From an uncultured archaeon (GTDB taxonomy: Archaea; Iainarchaeota; Iainarchaeia; Iainarchaeales; DATDZZ01): 32,000 nt of DNA. A model generated the notes under the pieces. That model was given only the letters and a program-made list of their open reading frames with translations, was not told the origin of the DNA and ran no database searches. This document shows, piece by piece, positions 1 through 8,195 of the stretch. The stretch lies in contig CAYJVY010000002.1 in assembly GCA_964373795.1 (NCBI GenBank), positions 84,207 to 116,206 of the forward strand, given 5' to 3'. The position numbers and the translations under genes are program-made. The first letter of the stretch is position 1; each line of letters starts with the position of its first letter.

Positions 1-3000
1 CTTCATGCAATAACTGTATTCCTTCATCGTATTTTCCTTGAGCTTCAAGTATTTCATACATATAAGCTCTAACTCCTATTTGTCTTTCATCTGTTTCTGG
101 AAGCAAGCTTAAAGCTTCATTAAGGTAATCCATTGCTAAATTATTTTTCCAACCTTCTTTAGCAATAATTCCTGCTTCAATTAAATAATGCACTAATTGT
201 TCTGGATTGCCTGAAAACCTTGCATGATGAAGCAAGTCTCCAATAACTTCTGCATAAACCTTGTCTTGTTCAAGGCCTGGTTCTACACTCATTACTTTGT
301 TTTCAAATACTTGTAAAGCTTTTTCATGCAATGGAGTTCTTTTTTCACCTTCATACATCATTGAATAAGCAACTTCTTGAGTTAAGTCATGAGCAAAAAT
401 GAAAGGCCTTTCACCGTTTTGAGAAGGCAATTGTTTAATTAATCCTAGTTCTTCAAGGAATACAAGGTTTCTATCCAAATAAGTTCTTTCACTTTCATCT
501 AAAAGTTCTTTCAAAACATTTGCATCAAACTCTCTTCCTAATGCACTTGCAGTTTGAATAGTTTTTTTAGCAGTTGCAAGAAGTCCATCAATTCTTTGAG
601 AAATTGTTGCTTGAATTGTTCCGGGAATTTTTTCCTCCATTTCTTTTAGTTTTACTAAATTAACCTTACACTCTTTTCCTTCTACTTGAATTATTTTTGT
701 ATCTCTTAAAAATCCAAGCATTTGTTCAATGAAATAAGGAACTCCTTTTGCTTTAGAAATATGCGGCACTACTTTTTCAGGAATTTCTATTACTCCTAAA
801 AACTTTTTAGATAAATCTAGTGAAGTTGCTTCATCTAAATTACTTAAATCTAATCTGTTTCCTTCATCTAAAAATCTATGAGTAATTCCAGGTCTTTGAT
901 CTGCCCAAAAAATCACATTAAAGCCTTGCAATTCATCAACTATTTTGGATAAAAAGTTTTCAATTCTTTTATCCATTACATCTCTGTCTTTAACTGCTTC
1001 ATCTTTTGCATAATGCAAGTCCTCTAAACCCAAAACCAATGGAGTTTTCAAAGACCTTGCTTTAACTAAATCAATCAAAGTTGATTGAATTAATTCTACT
1101 CTGGCTTTTGGATCAATGTCTTTTACTTCTTCTAATTCAAATCCTAGTTCATCTAAAACTATTTTAGTTCTCAAGTCAACTAATTTTTCATCCGAATATT
1201 CAGGAGAAATTGGTTCAGTTAAAAGTTCTTTTACTTGTCTTGAAACCTCTGCAATAGCTTCTTCTCTTGATTCTCTACCAGTTAATTTAAAAATATCTCT
1301 TAACCATCCATGCAAAATAGCTGTATTCTTGTCTTTTCCATAAATTGGAATGCTTGAAGTAATTGCATCAAAACCTTGTTCGCGAAGCCTTTTAATTGCT
1401 TCAAATCTAATTCTAGATTTTCCTAGTCCAGCATCTCCCACTACATTGAAAAACCTGTTCTTTCCTGAAACAGGTTGAGCAGTTTTTGCATTAATTAAGT
1501 GTTCTAAAACATGTTTTTCTACTTCACTTAATTCTTCGCTTCTTCCAACAAATTCTGTTGCTTTTTCTCCAAACAAAATATCTAACTTGTTTCTGAGAAC
1601 TTCTCTTTTAACAGTAAAAATATTGATTGGCGCTGAAACTCCTTTATATTTTCTTTGCCCTAATGCTTCAACTTCAAATTCTCCTCCTTTAATTGATCTT
1701 CTAACTCTATCAGAAATAAGAATTTCTCCTTCTCCTGCGCCTTGCATGAAACGAGCAGCAACATTTACTCTGTCTCCGCCTAAATCAGGTTTATTTCCAA
1801 ACCAAGTAATTCCAACTCTTCCAAAATTGATTCCAGAACCTAAACGCAGGTTAACTGTTTCTCCAAATCTTTTTCCAATTGCATTAATTGCTTTATCCAT
1901 TTCCAAAGACAATTGAGTTGCAAAATAAATATCTCTTTCAGTTACTCTATCAGCTCCAAAAGTAATAAAGGCTCCAGTAGCCCCCATTTTTTTAACAAAA
2001 GTTCCTCCACGCTCTGAAGTTAATTCCTCCATTTTACGAAAACACTCTTGCCTTAAAGCCTCTCTTCTAGCTGCAGGCAAACCTTGAACTTGTGAATCAA
2101 AATTTTTTATTGAAGTAAACAACATTGTTGCATGCTTTAATTCTTGTCTAGTAATTCCAAAAGCTGCATGAGCTAATTTCATTCTAACAGTTCCACCAGT
2201 TTTTCCTTTTTCAACAAATTCTCCGATTGGCTTGTCAGTTGCTTCAATCAAAAAATAATGCTTGTCTCCTCCACCCTTTGGATCTCGTAAAGTTATTTCT
2301 CTAAATTTTGCTCCCTCAAATTCATTTGAAAACCTTGCATTAACTAATATTTGCCCTGCTCTTGCAGCACTCTGCAATTTAATTGTATCCTGAATTTGAG
2401 GCCCTAAATGAGTTGAAATTGCGTCAAGTGAATCAATTTTTTTCAAGGTTGCTTCATCTACTTGAATTGCATTAATTCCACTTGAAACACTTAAATCATC
2501 GGTTAATCTTTCACTAATTACTCTGTTTTCTCTTCGCAGAGATTTACTGAATTCAGGTAAAGCTCCTTGAACTGAATACAATGTTTTCAATGCATCAGTC
2601 ATTGAATCAAATAAAGCATAAACAGCATCTCCTTCCCCTAAATAAAACACTCCATGATTTTTATCCACATGACCTAAAACCATTTCCTGAAATTTATTCT
2701 TAATAGTATCCAATTGCTCTACATGTTCTTCTCCAAATCTTTCAGACAAAGCAGTATAACCGGCTAAATCAACTTTAATTATTGCAAGATTAGCTTTTTC
2801 TGGAACCTCAAAAACTCTTTCCCTTGCCGGAGCCACGCCTTTAGGAATTCCTTTTCTTCTTGCCTCCTCTTCTTCTTCTCTTTCCTCAGCTGCAGCTTCT
2901 GCTCGTCTTCTAGCAGCATCTACTGCTTCCTCTTCTTCTGCAGCCCATTCAATAGGAGGAACTTTTTTTCCAGCAACTGCTTCTTCTCCAACAGGAGCTT

Positions 3001-4486
3001 CTCTTACAGGAGCTTCCACTGCTTCTCTTCTCACAGGCTTTGAAGGTTCTACAGAAGGCCTTTCAAATTCAAAATCTTTTTGCAATTCATTGAATGGCTT
3101 TCCAATTGCTTCTCCTAAAACCCTTAAACCATTTCCAAAATCATTTTCATTAAATAATTGTTGTAACACGCTTAGCTTTGAATTGAATTCAATTATTTCT
3201 CCAGTAGACCTAAGAGAAGAAGCCTTTCTCTCCAATGCATTGAAAACCTTTTCCCCAATGAAAACTCTTTCGCCTAGAGAAGTAGAAGAAAATCTTTCCC
3301 GCAATTCCTTTACTTGTTGAACAAATTGTTGAATAAAAGAATCCTTTCTTTTTTCAACCTCTAAAGAAATTGCTTTAAAATCTCTTTCAGTTAAAGAAAT
3401 TTCTCTTTCAACTTCTTTTCTCTTTAAACCAAATTTGTCTTTAAAAAACTTTTTAGTTAATTCAAAAACTTTACTTAAATGAGAAACTACTTTTTCGATT
3501 TTCTTTTTCTTCAAGCCAGCTCTTTTCAAACGCCATCTCCAAAACATTGTTCTAAGCTTTCCAAAAGCCCACCATTTTGCAGCCAAGGCTTTCTGTAATT
3601 TAATTTCAATTTTTAAAAGATTTAAAGAAAGCCTTTCAACCTTGTCTTGAGAATTCAGTAAATCTAATTCAGCTTTTAACACTTTTTCTTCTCTTAAAAC
3701 ATCTAAATCAATTTTTTCAGGCTGAAACTCTTCTCGCTTTTTTCTTTTCTCCTTTAATTCTTCAGCTTTTCTATTAAACTCTGCCAATTCGCTTGCAATA
3801 AATCTAGGTAAAGGTTTTACAATTTTTTTAGGAGAAACAATTTCATCCCTTAAACTAGGAGATTTTAAAGCAAGGCTTCCTTCAACTGCAGGCTGCTCTC
3901 TATGCACTTCAGGAGCTTCAACCCTTACTTCCCCCATGTCCTTAAATACATGTTTTGTAACCTTTGCGGGTTTAAACAAGGGTTCAGGACGTTTTCCTTC
4001 TCCAGGGACTTCTCTTTCTGGTTCTCGTCTTTCAGGCACTTCTCCATGCCCTAAAGGTTCAGATTTTTTAGGAGGTTCTCCAGCAGCAGCAAAAACCCTT
4101 AAACGATTAGTTCCCTCTGTCCATCGAAGATTTTTTGGAAGAGGAATTGCTCTTGCTTCTGCTCCAGTTGTTCCAAGCTTTAAAGCCCTTGCTTTTTGTT
4201 TTTCAGGCTTTAAAGGAGGCTTGCCTGTTCTAGCTTTTTGAATTTGAGATTCAACTTTTTCAAGAACTCTTTTTGCTTGTTCATGTTTTTGCTGCAAGCG
4301 ATTTAATTGAAGTCTAACACTTGTCTTTAAAGACTTTTTTGCTTGCAATTTTTTTCTCTGATTTAAAATTCTTTTCTTTAATTCTTCAACTTTTTTTCTG
4401 CGTTCCATTAATTCTTGAACACGTTTAGCATCTGCATATAAGTGAGAAATATTTGCTTTCCTCATACTCGAAGACCTTCTTAACAT
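1..4486 (-). CDS. Giant multidomain signalling protein with its start in the window and its 3' end off the left edge (at least 1495 aa visible). Order: coiled-coil/low-complexity N-region, two tandem class III nucleotidyl-cyclase homology domains, AAA_16/STAND-type P-loop NTPase, TPR-like C-terminal repeats.
   Basis: My translation of the minus strand from the ATG at 4486-4484 (MLRRSSSMRKANISHLYADAKR...) stays open to base 1. It is absent from the ORF track because no stop lies in the window. Motifs read: IIKVDLAGYTALSERFG and LGEGDAVYALF (cyclase domain 1, about 2794-2250); GGDRVNVAARF (domain 2, about 2133-1610); VVGDAGLGKSR Walker A (1438-1415); LVLGLEDLHYAKDEA; FIFAHDLTQEVAYSMM; then TPR-like helices up to the window edge. 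Confidence 0.8.
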   Translation of the reverse strand, partial: MLRRSSSMRKANISHLYADAKRVQELMERRKKVEELKKRILNQRKKLQAKKSLKTSVRLQLNRLQQKHEQAKRVLEKVESQIQKARTGKPPLKPEKQKARALKLGTTGAEARAIPLPKNLRWTEGTNRLRVFAAAGEPPKKSEPLGHGEVPERREPEREVPGEGKRPEPLFKPAKVTKHVFKDMGEVRVEAPEVHREQPAVEGSLALKSPSLRDEIVSPKKIVKPLPRFIASELAEFNRKAEELKEKRKKREEFQPEKIDLDVLREEKVLKAELDLLNSQDKVERLSLNLLKIEIKLQKALAAKWWAFGKLRTMFWRWRLKRAGLKKKKIEKVVSHLSKVFELTKKFFKDKFGLKRKEVEREISLTERDFKAISLEVEKRKDSFIQQFVQQVKELRERFSSTSLGERVFIGEKVFNALERKASSLRSTGEIIEFNSKLSVLQQLFNENDFGNGLRVLGEAIGKPFNELQKDFEFERPSVEPSKPVRREAVEAPVREAPVGEEAVAGKKVPPIEWAAEEEEAVDAARRRAEAAAEEREEEEEARRKGIPKGVAPARERVFEVPEKANLAIIKVDLAGYTALSERFGEEHVEQLDTIKNKFQEMVLGHVDKNHGVFYLGEGDAVYALFDSMTDALKTLYSVQGALPEFSKSLRRENRVISERLTDDLSVSSGINAIQVDEATLKKIDSLDAISTHLGPQIQDTIKLQSAARAGQILVNARFSNEFEGAKFREITLRDPKGGGDKHYFLIEATDKPIGEFVEKGKTGGTVRMKLAHAAFGITRQELKHATMLFTSIKNFDSQVQGLPAARREALRQECFRKMEELTSERGGTFVKKMGATGAFITFGADRVTERDIYFATQLSLEMDKAINAIGKRFGETVNLRLGSGINFGRVGITWFGNKPDLGGDRVNVAARFMQGAGEGEILISDRVRRSIKGGEFEVEALGQRKYKGVSAPINIFTVKREVLRNKLDILFGEKATEFVGRSEELSEVEKHVLEHLINAKTAQPVSGKNRFFNVVGDAGLGKSRIRFEAIKRLREQGFDAITSSIPIYGKDKNTAILHGWLRDIFKLTGRESREEAIAEVSRQVKELLTEPISPEYSDEKLVDLRTKIVLDELGFELEEVKDIDPKARVELIQSTLIDLVKARSLKTPLVLGLEDLHYAKDEAVKDRDVMDKRIENFLSKIVDELQGFNVIFWADQRPGITHRFLDEGNRLDLSNLDEATSLDLSKKFLGVIEIPEKVVPHISKAKGVPYFIEQMLGFLRDTKIIQVEGKECKVNLVKLKEMEEKIPGTIQATISQRIDGLLATAKKTIQTASALGREFDANVLKELLDESERTYLDRNLVFLEELGLIKQLPSQNGERPFIFAHDLTQEVAYSMMYEGEKRTPLHEKALQVFENKVMSVEPGLEQDKVYAEVIGDLLHHARFSGNPEQLVHYLIEAGIIAKEGWKNNLAMDYLNEALSLLPETDERQIGVRAYMYEILEAQGKYDEGIQLLHE

Positions 4487-4610
4487 TAAAAAATCACTAT
4501 AAAATCCATTAACTAATTAATAAATATATGAATTTTTAGTATTAATAAGGATTTCTAGTTAGCTCTAACGTAAAAGTTGATTAACGTTTGTGAAAGAAAG
4601 TTTTATATGT

Positions 4611-4632
4611 TATAATTATTATAATAATTATA
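4611..4632. promoter_or_regulatory. Perfect 22-bp palindrome (tataattattataataattata) about 30 nt upstream of the first TA operon; candidate operator and/or TATA region.
   Basis: I checked the reverse complement base by base and it equals the forward sequence. A GGGGGTG Shine-Dalgarno-like motif follows, just before the ATG at 4663. The AT-rich background makes palindromes more likely by chance. Confidence 0.35.
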
Positions 4633-4662
4633 GAATTTACATATTTTATAGGGGGTGTTGAA

Positions 4663-4869
4663 ATGGCGACTACAACTATTGCTGTTTCTACTCAAGTTAG
4701 GAATTCATTGAATGAGTTTGGTTTTAAAGGCGAGAGTTATGATGCAGTTATTAAAAGACTTCTTGAGAGTGTAAAAGAAAGACAATTACAAGAGCTTTTA
4801 ATGAACGAATCTAATACTAGTACTGTTAGTGATGCTTTGAAGAGGGCGAAAAAACAGTGGCAAAAGTAA
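4663..4869 (+). CDS. Small antitoxin-like protein (VapB/DUF217-type putative antitoxin pattern).
   Basis: 68-aa ORF. The N-terminal pattern TTIAVSTQVRNSLNEFGFKGESYDAVIKRLLE resembles the family consensus TI.v..e.y..L...k..geSfsdvI.rLl. It has an SD-like motif upstream and overlaps the next ORF by 13 nt. Confidence 0.6.
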   Translation: MATTTIAVSTQVRNSLNEFGFKGESYDAVIKRLLESVKERQLQELLMNESNTSTVSDALKRAKKQWQK

Positions 4870-5195
4870 TAATCACTAATGACTTAGAAAAACAAATCAA
4901 CAAGGTTTTCAAAAAAGAATCAATTGAAATTCTTTCTTTATTGCTAACGTTAGAGGAAAACCCTAAAAAAGGCAAAGAAGTTGGAGTTGTTGGAAAAATA
5001 GTTGTCAAAGAATTAAAGTATAACAAATTTAGGTTTAATTTTATTACTGACATGTTTAAAGTAAAATTTTTATCAGTGGAAGAACTTAAAGATTTGCTGA
5101 TCAAATTTGTTCGAATGCCAGAGAAAAAAGACCAGCAAAAAACAATTGCAGAAATAAAGCACATCCTAAAAAACTTAGGTCAAGAAGGGTTTTGA
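4857..5195 (+). CDS. Putative RelE/ParE-superfamily-like toxin partner with a GTG start.
   Basis: 112-aa ORF that overlaps the stop of the upstream antitoxin-like gene. The segment LEENPKKGKEVGVVGKIVVKELKYNKFRFNFI resembles the RelE/ParE core (..nP..G..l.g.l.g.r.lr.g.yRi.Y.i). The assignment rests on pattern only. Confidence 0.4.
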   Translation: MAKVIITNDLEKQINKVFKKESIEILSLLLTLEENPKKGKEVGVVGKIVVKELKYNKFRFNFITDMFKVKFLSVEELKDLLIKFVRMPEKKDQQKTIAEIKHILKNLGQEGF

Positions 5196-5282
5196 TTACT
5201 AGCAAGAAAAAGCATTACATAAATTCTAATTCTTTTCACAAAACAAATATTTAACTAGTTTATTTTTCCTTAAATATCTAAA

Positions 5283-5356
5283 GGGTGTATAGCTCAGCCT
5301 GGTAGAGCAACGGTCTTATACACCGTGCGTCGGCGGTTCAAATCCGCCTACGCCCA
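5283..5356 (+). tRNA. tRNA-Ile with genomically encoded anticodon TAT (UAU, reads AUA); no encoded CCA.
   Basis: Hand-folded cloverleaf. Acceptor GGGTGTA/TACGCCC (one G-T pair); D arm GCTC-AGCCTGGTA-GAGC; anticodon arm ACGGT-CTTATAC-ACCGT (anticodon TAT, A37); variable loop GCGTC; T arm GGCGG-TTCAAAT-CCGCC; discriminator A. It is GC-rich against the AT-rich flanks. Confidence 0.9.
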
Positions 5357-5477
5357 TAAGCCTTTCTTTAAAAAAGAAAGCCTTGGGAAAGAAAAGGTTG
5401 GCAAAAAGAATTTGTGAAAAAAAATTGAATTTTAGGGATTTAAATTGAAGCCAAGAATTAAGCCTAGAAAAAAAAGA

Positions 5478-6578
5478 ATGCTTGTTAAGGGAGCAGTAAT
5501 TGGCGCGCTAGCTTTAGGAGCTGTTGCAGGAGTAAAAATTCGGGGAAACGTATTGCATGAAAGAGCTGTTGCAGCAATTTCAAAAGCTTCAAGTGAAGCA
5601 AAAGAATTAATTGATAGAGTAAGAATATTGGAAAATGTTTTTGACAAGCCTTCAGAAGAACAAGTGCGAAAAGCTTTAGCATTAAAGTTTGATTTTCATA
5701 GAAGAATTATAGATGCTAGAGCTGCTTTAAGTGAAGCAAGAAAAAGAGCTGCTGCTTTGAAAACAGGAAAAGAAAAAGCATTACAAGAAATTAAAGCACT
5801 TGAAGATACTTTAAGAGAACTTGAAACAGGTTTTACTATAATGGGAAGAGTTCCATTAATAAATGAAAGAGCAATGCAGCACATGGAAAAAATTGCCGAA
5901 GCATTGGAAGCAGAACATAAAAAATTATATGAAGGCTTTAGTAACACAAATTCAGAAATGGGAGGAGTATTAATTTATGATACTGAAAGAAATGCTTTTA
6001 ATTTTCAATTAGTTCACGATAAAACTGAAATGCAAATAAAAGCAGGTTTCAAGGAAATAGAGCAAGGAAATTTCACTAACATTAATGGATTAAAACAACG
6101 ACTTCAAAAGGCTTACTCTGATAGACCTGAAATTTATGAAAACAGAGAGGACGGCTTAAATTATTTAAGTGAATTAAATGATAAAAAAAAAGTTTTAGAA
6201 AAAGAAATTGGCAGGCTTCCAGGAAACTCTAGTGAAAGACAAAGGCTAACTCAAGAACTTGTTTCCTTAACTCAAGAAATTTTGAGGGCAAGAAATTTAT
6301 TGTTTTCAACAATTTCAAAAGATTTAGAGCAATACTATTTTTCTTTAGGAGCCATGCACGAATATTATTTAGATAATTCTCTTTTCAGTTATTCTCCTAA
6401 ACAAGTGTTATTGGCATTTCATTCTCATCCAAAAGGAGGCAGAGCAGGAGAAAGAGACATTAATAATTGTTTTACTTATGGCCCTCAACTAGTTATAAGA
6501 ATTTTGCCTAAGAGAATTGAGTTTCAGGTTTTCGTGAAAGGAAGAGAAGTACTTTATAAGGGATATAACATTCAATAA
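5478..6578 (+). CDS. Membrane-anchored coiled-coil protein with a possible degenerate JAB/MPN-like C-terminal motif.
   Basis: The track ORF is 5445..6578 with a TTG start; the first ATG is at 5478. It has an N-terminal hydrophobic helix (GAVIGALALGAVAGV), a long Lys/Glu-rich helical region, and C-terminal AFHSHPKGGRAGERD resembling HxHP...D. The motif spacing is not canonical. Confidence 0.55.
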   Translation: MLVKGAVIGALALGAVAGVKIRGNVLHERAVAAISKASSEAKELIDRVRILENVFDKPSEEQVRKALALKFDFHRRIIDARAALSEARKRAAALKTGKEKALQEIKALEDTLRELETGFTIMGRVPLINERAMQHMEKIAEALEAEHKKLYEGFSNTNSEMGGVLIYDTERNAFNFQLVHDKTEMQIKAGFKEIEQGNFTNINGLKQRLQKAYSDRPEIYENREDGLNYLSELNDKKKVLEKEIGRLPGNSSERQRLTQELVSLTQEILRARNLLFSTISKDLEQYYFSLGAMHEYYLDNSLFSYSPKQVLLAFHSHPKGGRAGERDINNCFTYGPQLVIRILPKRIEFQVFVKGREVLYKGYNIQ

Positions 6579-6582
6579 AGAT

Positions 6583-8085
6583 TTAATGTTTTTTGAAAGA
6601 TTTTTTTAATTCATGGAATTCAAAAGTTGTTAAAGACTTTAATGATTTGAATATTCTGTAAAAAGGAATTAATGCAAAAATTAGAAATAAAAGTATTGCA
6701 GTAACGCCTCTACTGTAAAGAATTGGCACTCCAAATTTAGGTAAATCTTTGTACAATAAAAAAGTAACCCATGCAAGGCATAAAACAATGAACGAATTTA
6801 AGGCAATTAATTTTAATTGCGCAATTGTAAAAGGAGTGTGTTTTTCTAAATTGGTTTTAACTCTTAACGGAAAAATTTCCGGCAAAAAGCTTACAAGTTT
6901 TCTATGCAAGTCAATAAAATTATATAATGGTTGAAAAATTATTACACTTAAAGCAATTAATAGAAATCCAAGAGAAGAAATTAAACCGCTTTCTAATCCA
7001 GCTAAAACTGGAGCAGCAGAAGAAGCAATTATTACAACAAATTCCCCTAAAGGAGTTAAAAGAATTGCTGTAACAGAAGAGTCTTTTCTTGACAAACCAA
7101 ATAACGGACCAAAAATTGCAAAAACTATTCCATTCACTAAAATAATTCCTAAAATCAATAATACAGTTAGAAATGCAAAAAAAGCAAGTGTTTGAATTTC
7201 AGGTAAAACAACTTTGTTTAAAGATTTATCGAAAAAAATGGATGTACCAAAAGCAACAAAGAAAAACACTAAAAAGAAGTCTCGTAAAAAAACAATGTCT
7301 CTTTTAATTTTTTCACCAGATTGAGTTGCATTTAAAGCAAACCCAGCAAAATAAGCTCCTAAAGCAGAAGACAATCCTAAAAAAGATCCAAGAGTTGCAA
7401 CAACTAATCCAATTCCAATTGCATACAAAGTAATCTCTGTATGACCAAAACCTTTTTCTAAAAGCCATTGCTCTACTTTTTTAGATAAAGTGTAAACTAC
7501 AAAAAAAGTTGAAACAGCAAAAACCAAGGCAGCTAAACCAAGGCTTAAAGGATTGGTTGTTGTAGAAGAAAGACTAGTAATGAATACAAGTAACAAGATT
7601 CCTAAAAAGTCTTGCAGAATAAGAATTGCAACAGCTAATTGAGCTGGAGGATCTTTTAAAAGCCCTTTATCAATTGCAAATTTTGCAACAATTGCAGTAC
7701 TAGTGGAAAACAACATGAATCCAATTACTATTGAAAACAAAGCCGAGTATCCAAACAAATACATTATTAGAAAACCAATTCCGGTTAAACCAATCATGTC
7801 AATTATTGCTAATCCAAGAGTAGCCGAACCCGCTTCTAAGAAATCCTTCAAGGAAAGCTCTAAACCTAAATAAAATAATAAAATAAATAAACCCATTTCT
7901 CCAAAACCAATAACTAATGGATCAGATGGACGCAAAAAATTCAATAAAAAGGGGCCTAAAAGAAATCCAGCAAAAATAAATCCTAAAACTGGATTTAAAT
8001 TAATTTTTCGAACAACAATGCTTAAAGCAATTGCAATAATAATAACTATTCCAATAGTAGTTAAAGGCAAAGATTCTACAGACAT
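6583..8085 (-). CDS. Monovalent cation:proton antiporter (CPA2 / Kef-NapA-like Na+/H+ exchanger family), membrane domain only.
   Basis: 500-aa polytopic ORF. The N-terminal LNPVLGFIFAGFLLGP motif and 12 or more hydrophobic segments are typical of the Na_H_Exchanger fold. No RCK/TrkA domain is visible. Confidence 0.8.
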   Translation of the reverse strand: MSVESLPLTTIGIVIIIAIALSIVVRKINLNPVLGFIFAGFLLGPFLLNFLRPSDPLVIGFGEMGLFILLFYLGLELSLKDFLEAGSATLGLAIIDMIGLTGIGFLIMYLFGYSALFSIVIGFMLFSTSTAIVAKFAIDKGLLKDPPAQLAVAILILQDFLGILLLVFITSLSSTTTNPLSLGLAALVFAVSTFFVVYTLSKKVEQWLLEKGFGHTEITLYAIGIGLVVATLGSFLGLSSALGAYFAGFALNATQSGEKIKRDIVFLRDFFLVFFFVAFGTSIFFDKSLNKVVLPEIQTLAFFAFLTVLLILGIILVNGIVFAIFGPLFGLSRKDSSVTAILLTPLGEFVVIIASSAAPVLAGLESGLISSLGFLLIALSVIIFQPLYNFIDLHRKLVSFLPEIFPLRVKTNLEKHTPFTIAQLKLIALNSFIVLCLAWVTFLLYKDLPKFGVPILYSRGVTAILLFLIFALIPFYRIFKSLKSLTTFEFHELKKSFKKH

Positions 8086-8195
8086 TTAAATCAGAAATAC
8101 TAAGTAAAACCTTATTTAAAAATGTTTAGCAGTAAAGCATTAAATCAATTAATAAAAATCTATTGCATGAGAATTTTAATTTAAAGGGAATTGAA

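Noticed and set aside
1116-4241. Four plus-strand track ORFs (1116..1343, 1587..1916, 3090..3320, 3936..4241).
   Set aside because: All lie antisense inside the long minus-strand cyclase-STAND gene. Their low-complexity Ser/Pro/Leu/Phe-rich translations are typical shadow ORFs. The minus-strand frame carries clear catalytic motifs.
4826-5947. Minus-strand track ORFs 4826..5164, 5432..5647, 5485..5682 and 5696..5947.
   Set aside because: They are antisense shadows of the RelE-like gene and the coiled-coil gene. They have no motifs and a Leu/Phe/Ser-biased composition.
8163-8195. N-terminal extensions in the track from non-ATG starts. Examples: ileS at 8163, 13900, 19895, 20996, 23300, 26156 and 5445.
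   Set aside because: A downstream ATG gives an N-terminus that matches the family pattern or has a better SD or TATA context. The extensions are hydrophobic or low-complexity read-in. The TTG at 23300 stays possible if that mRNA is leaderless.
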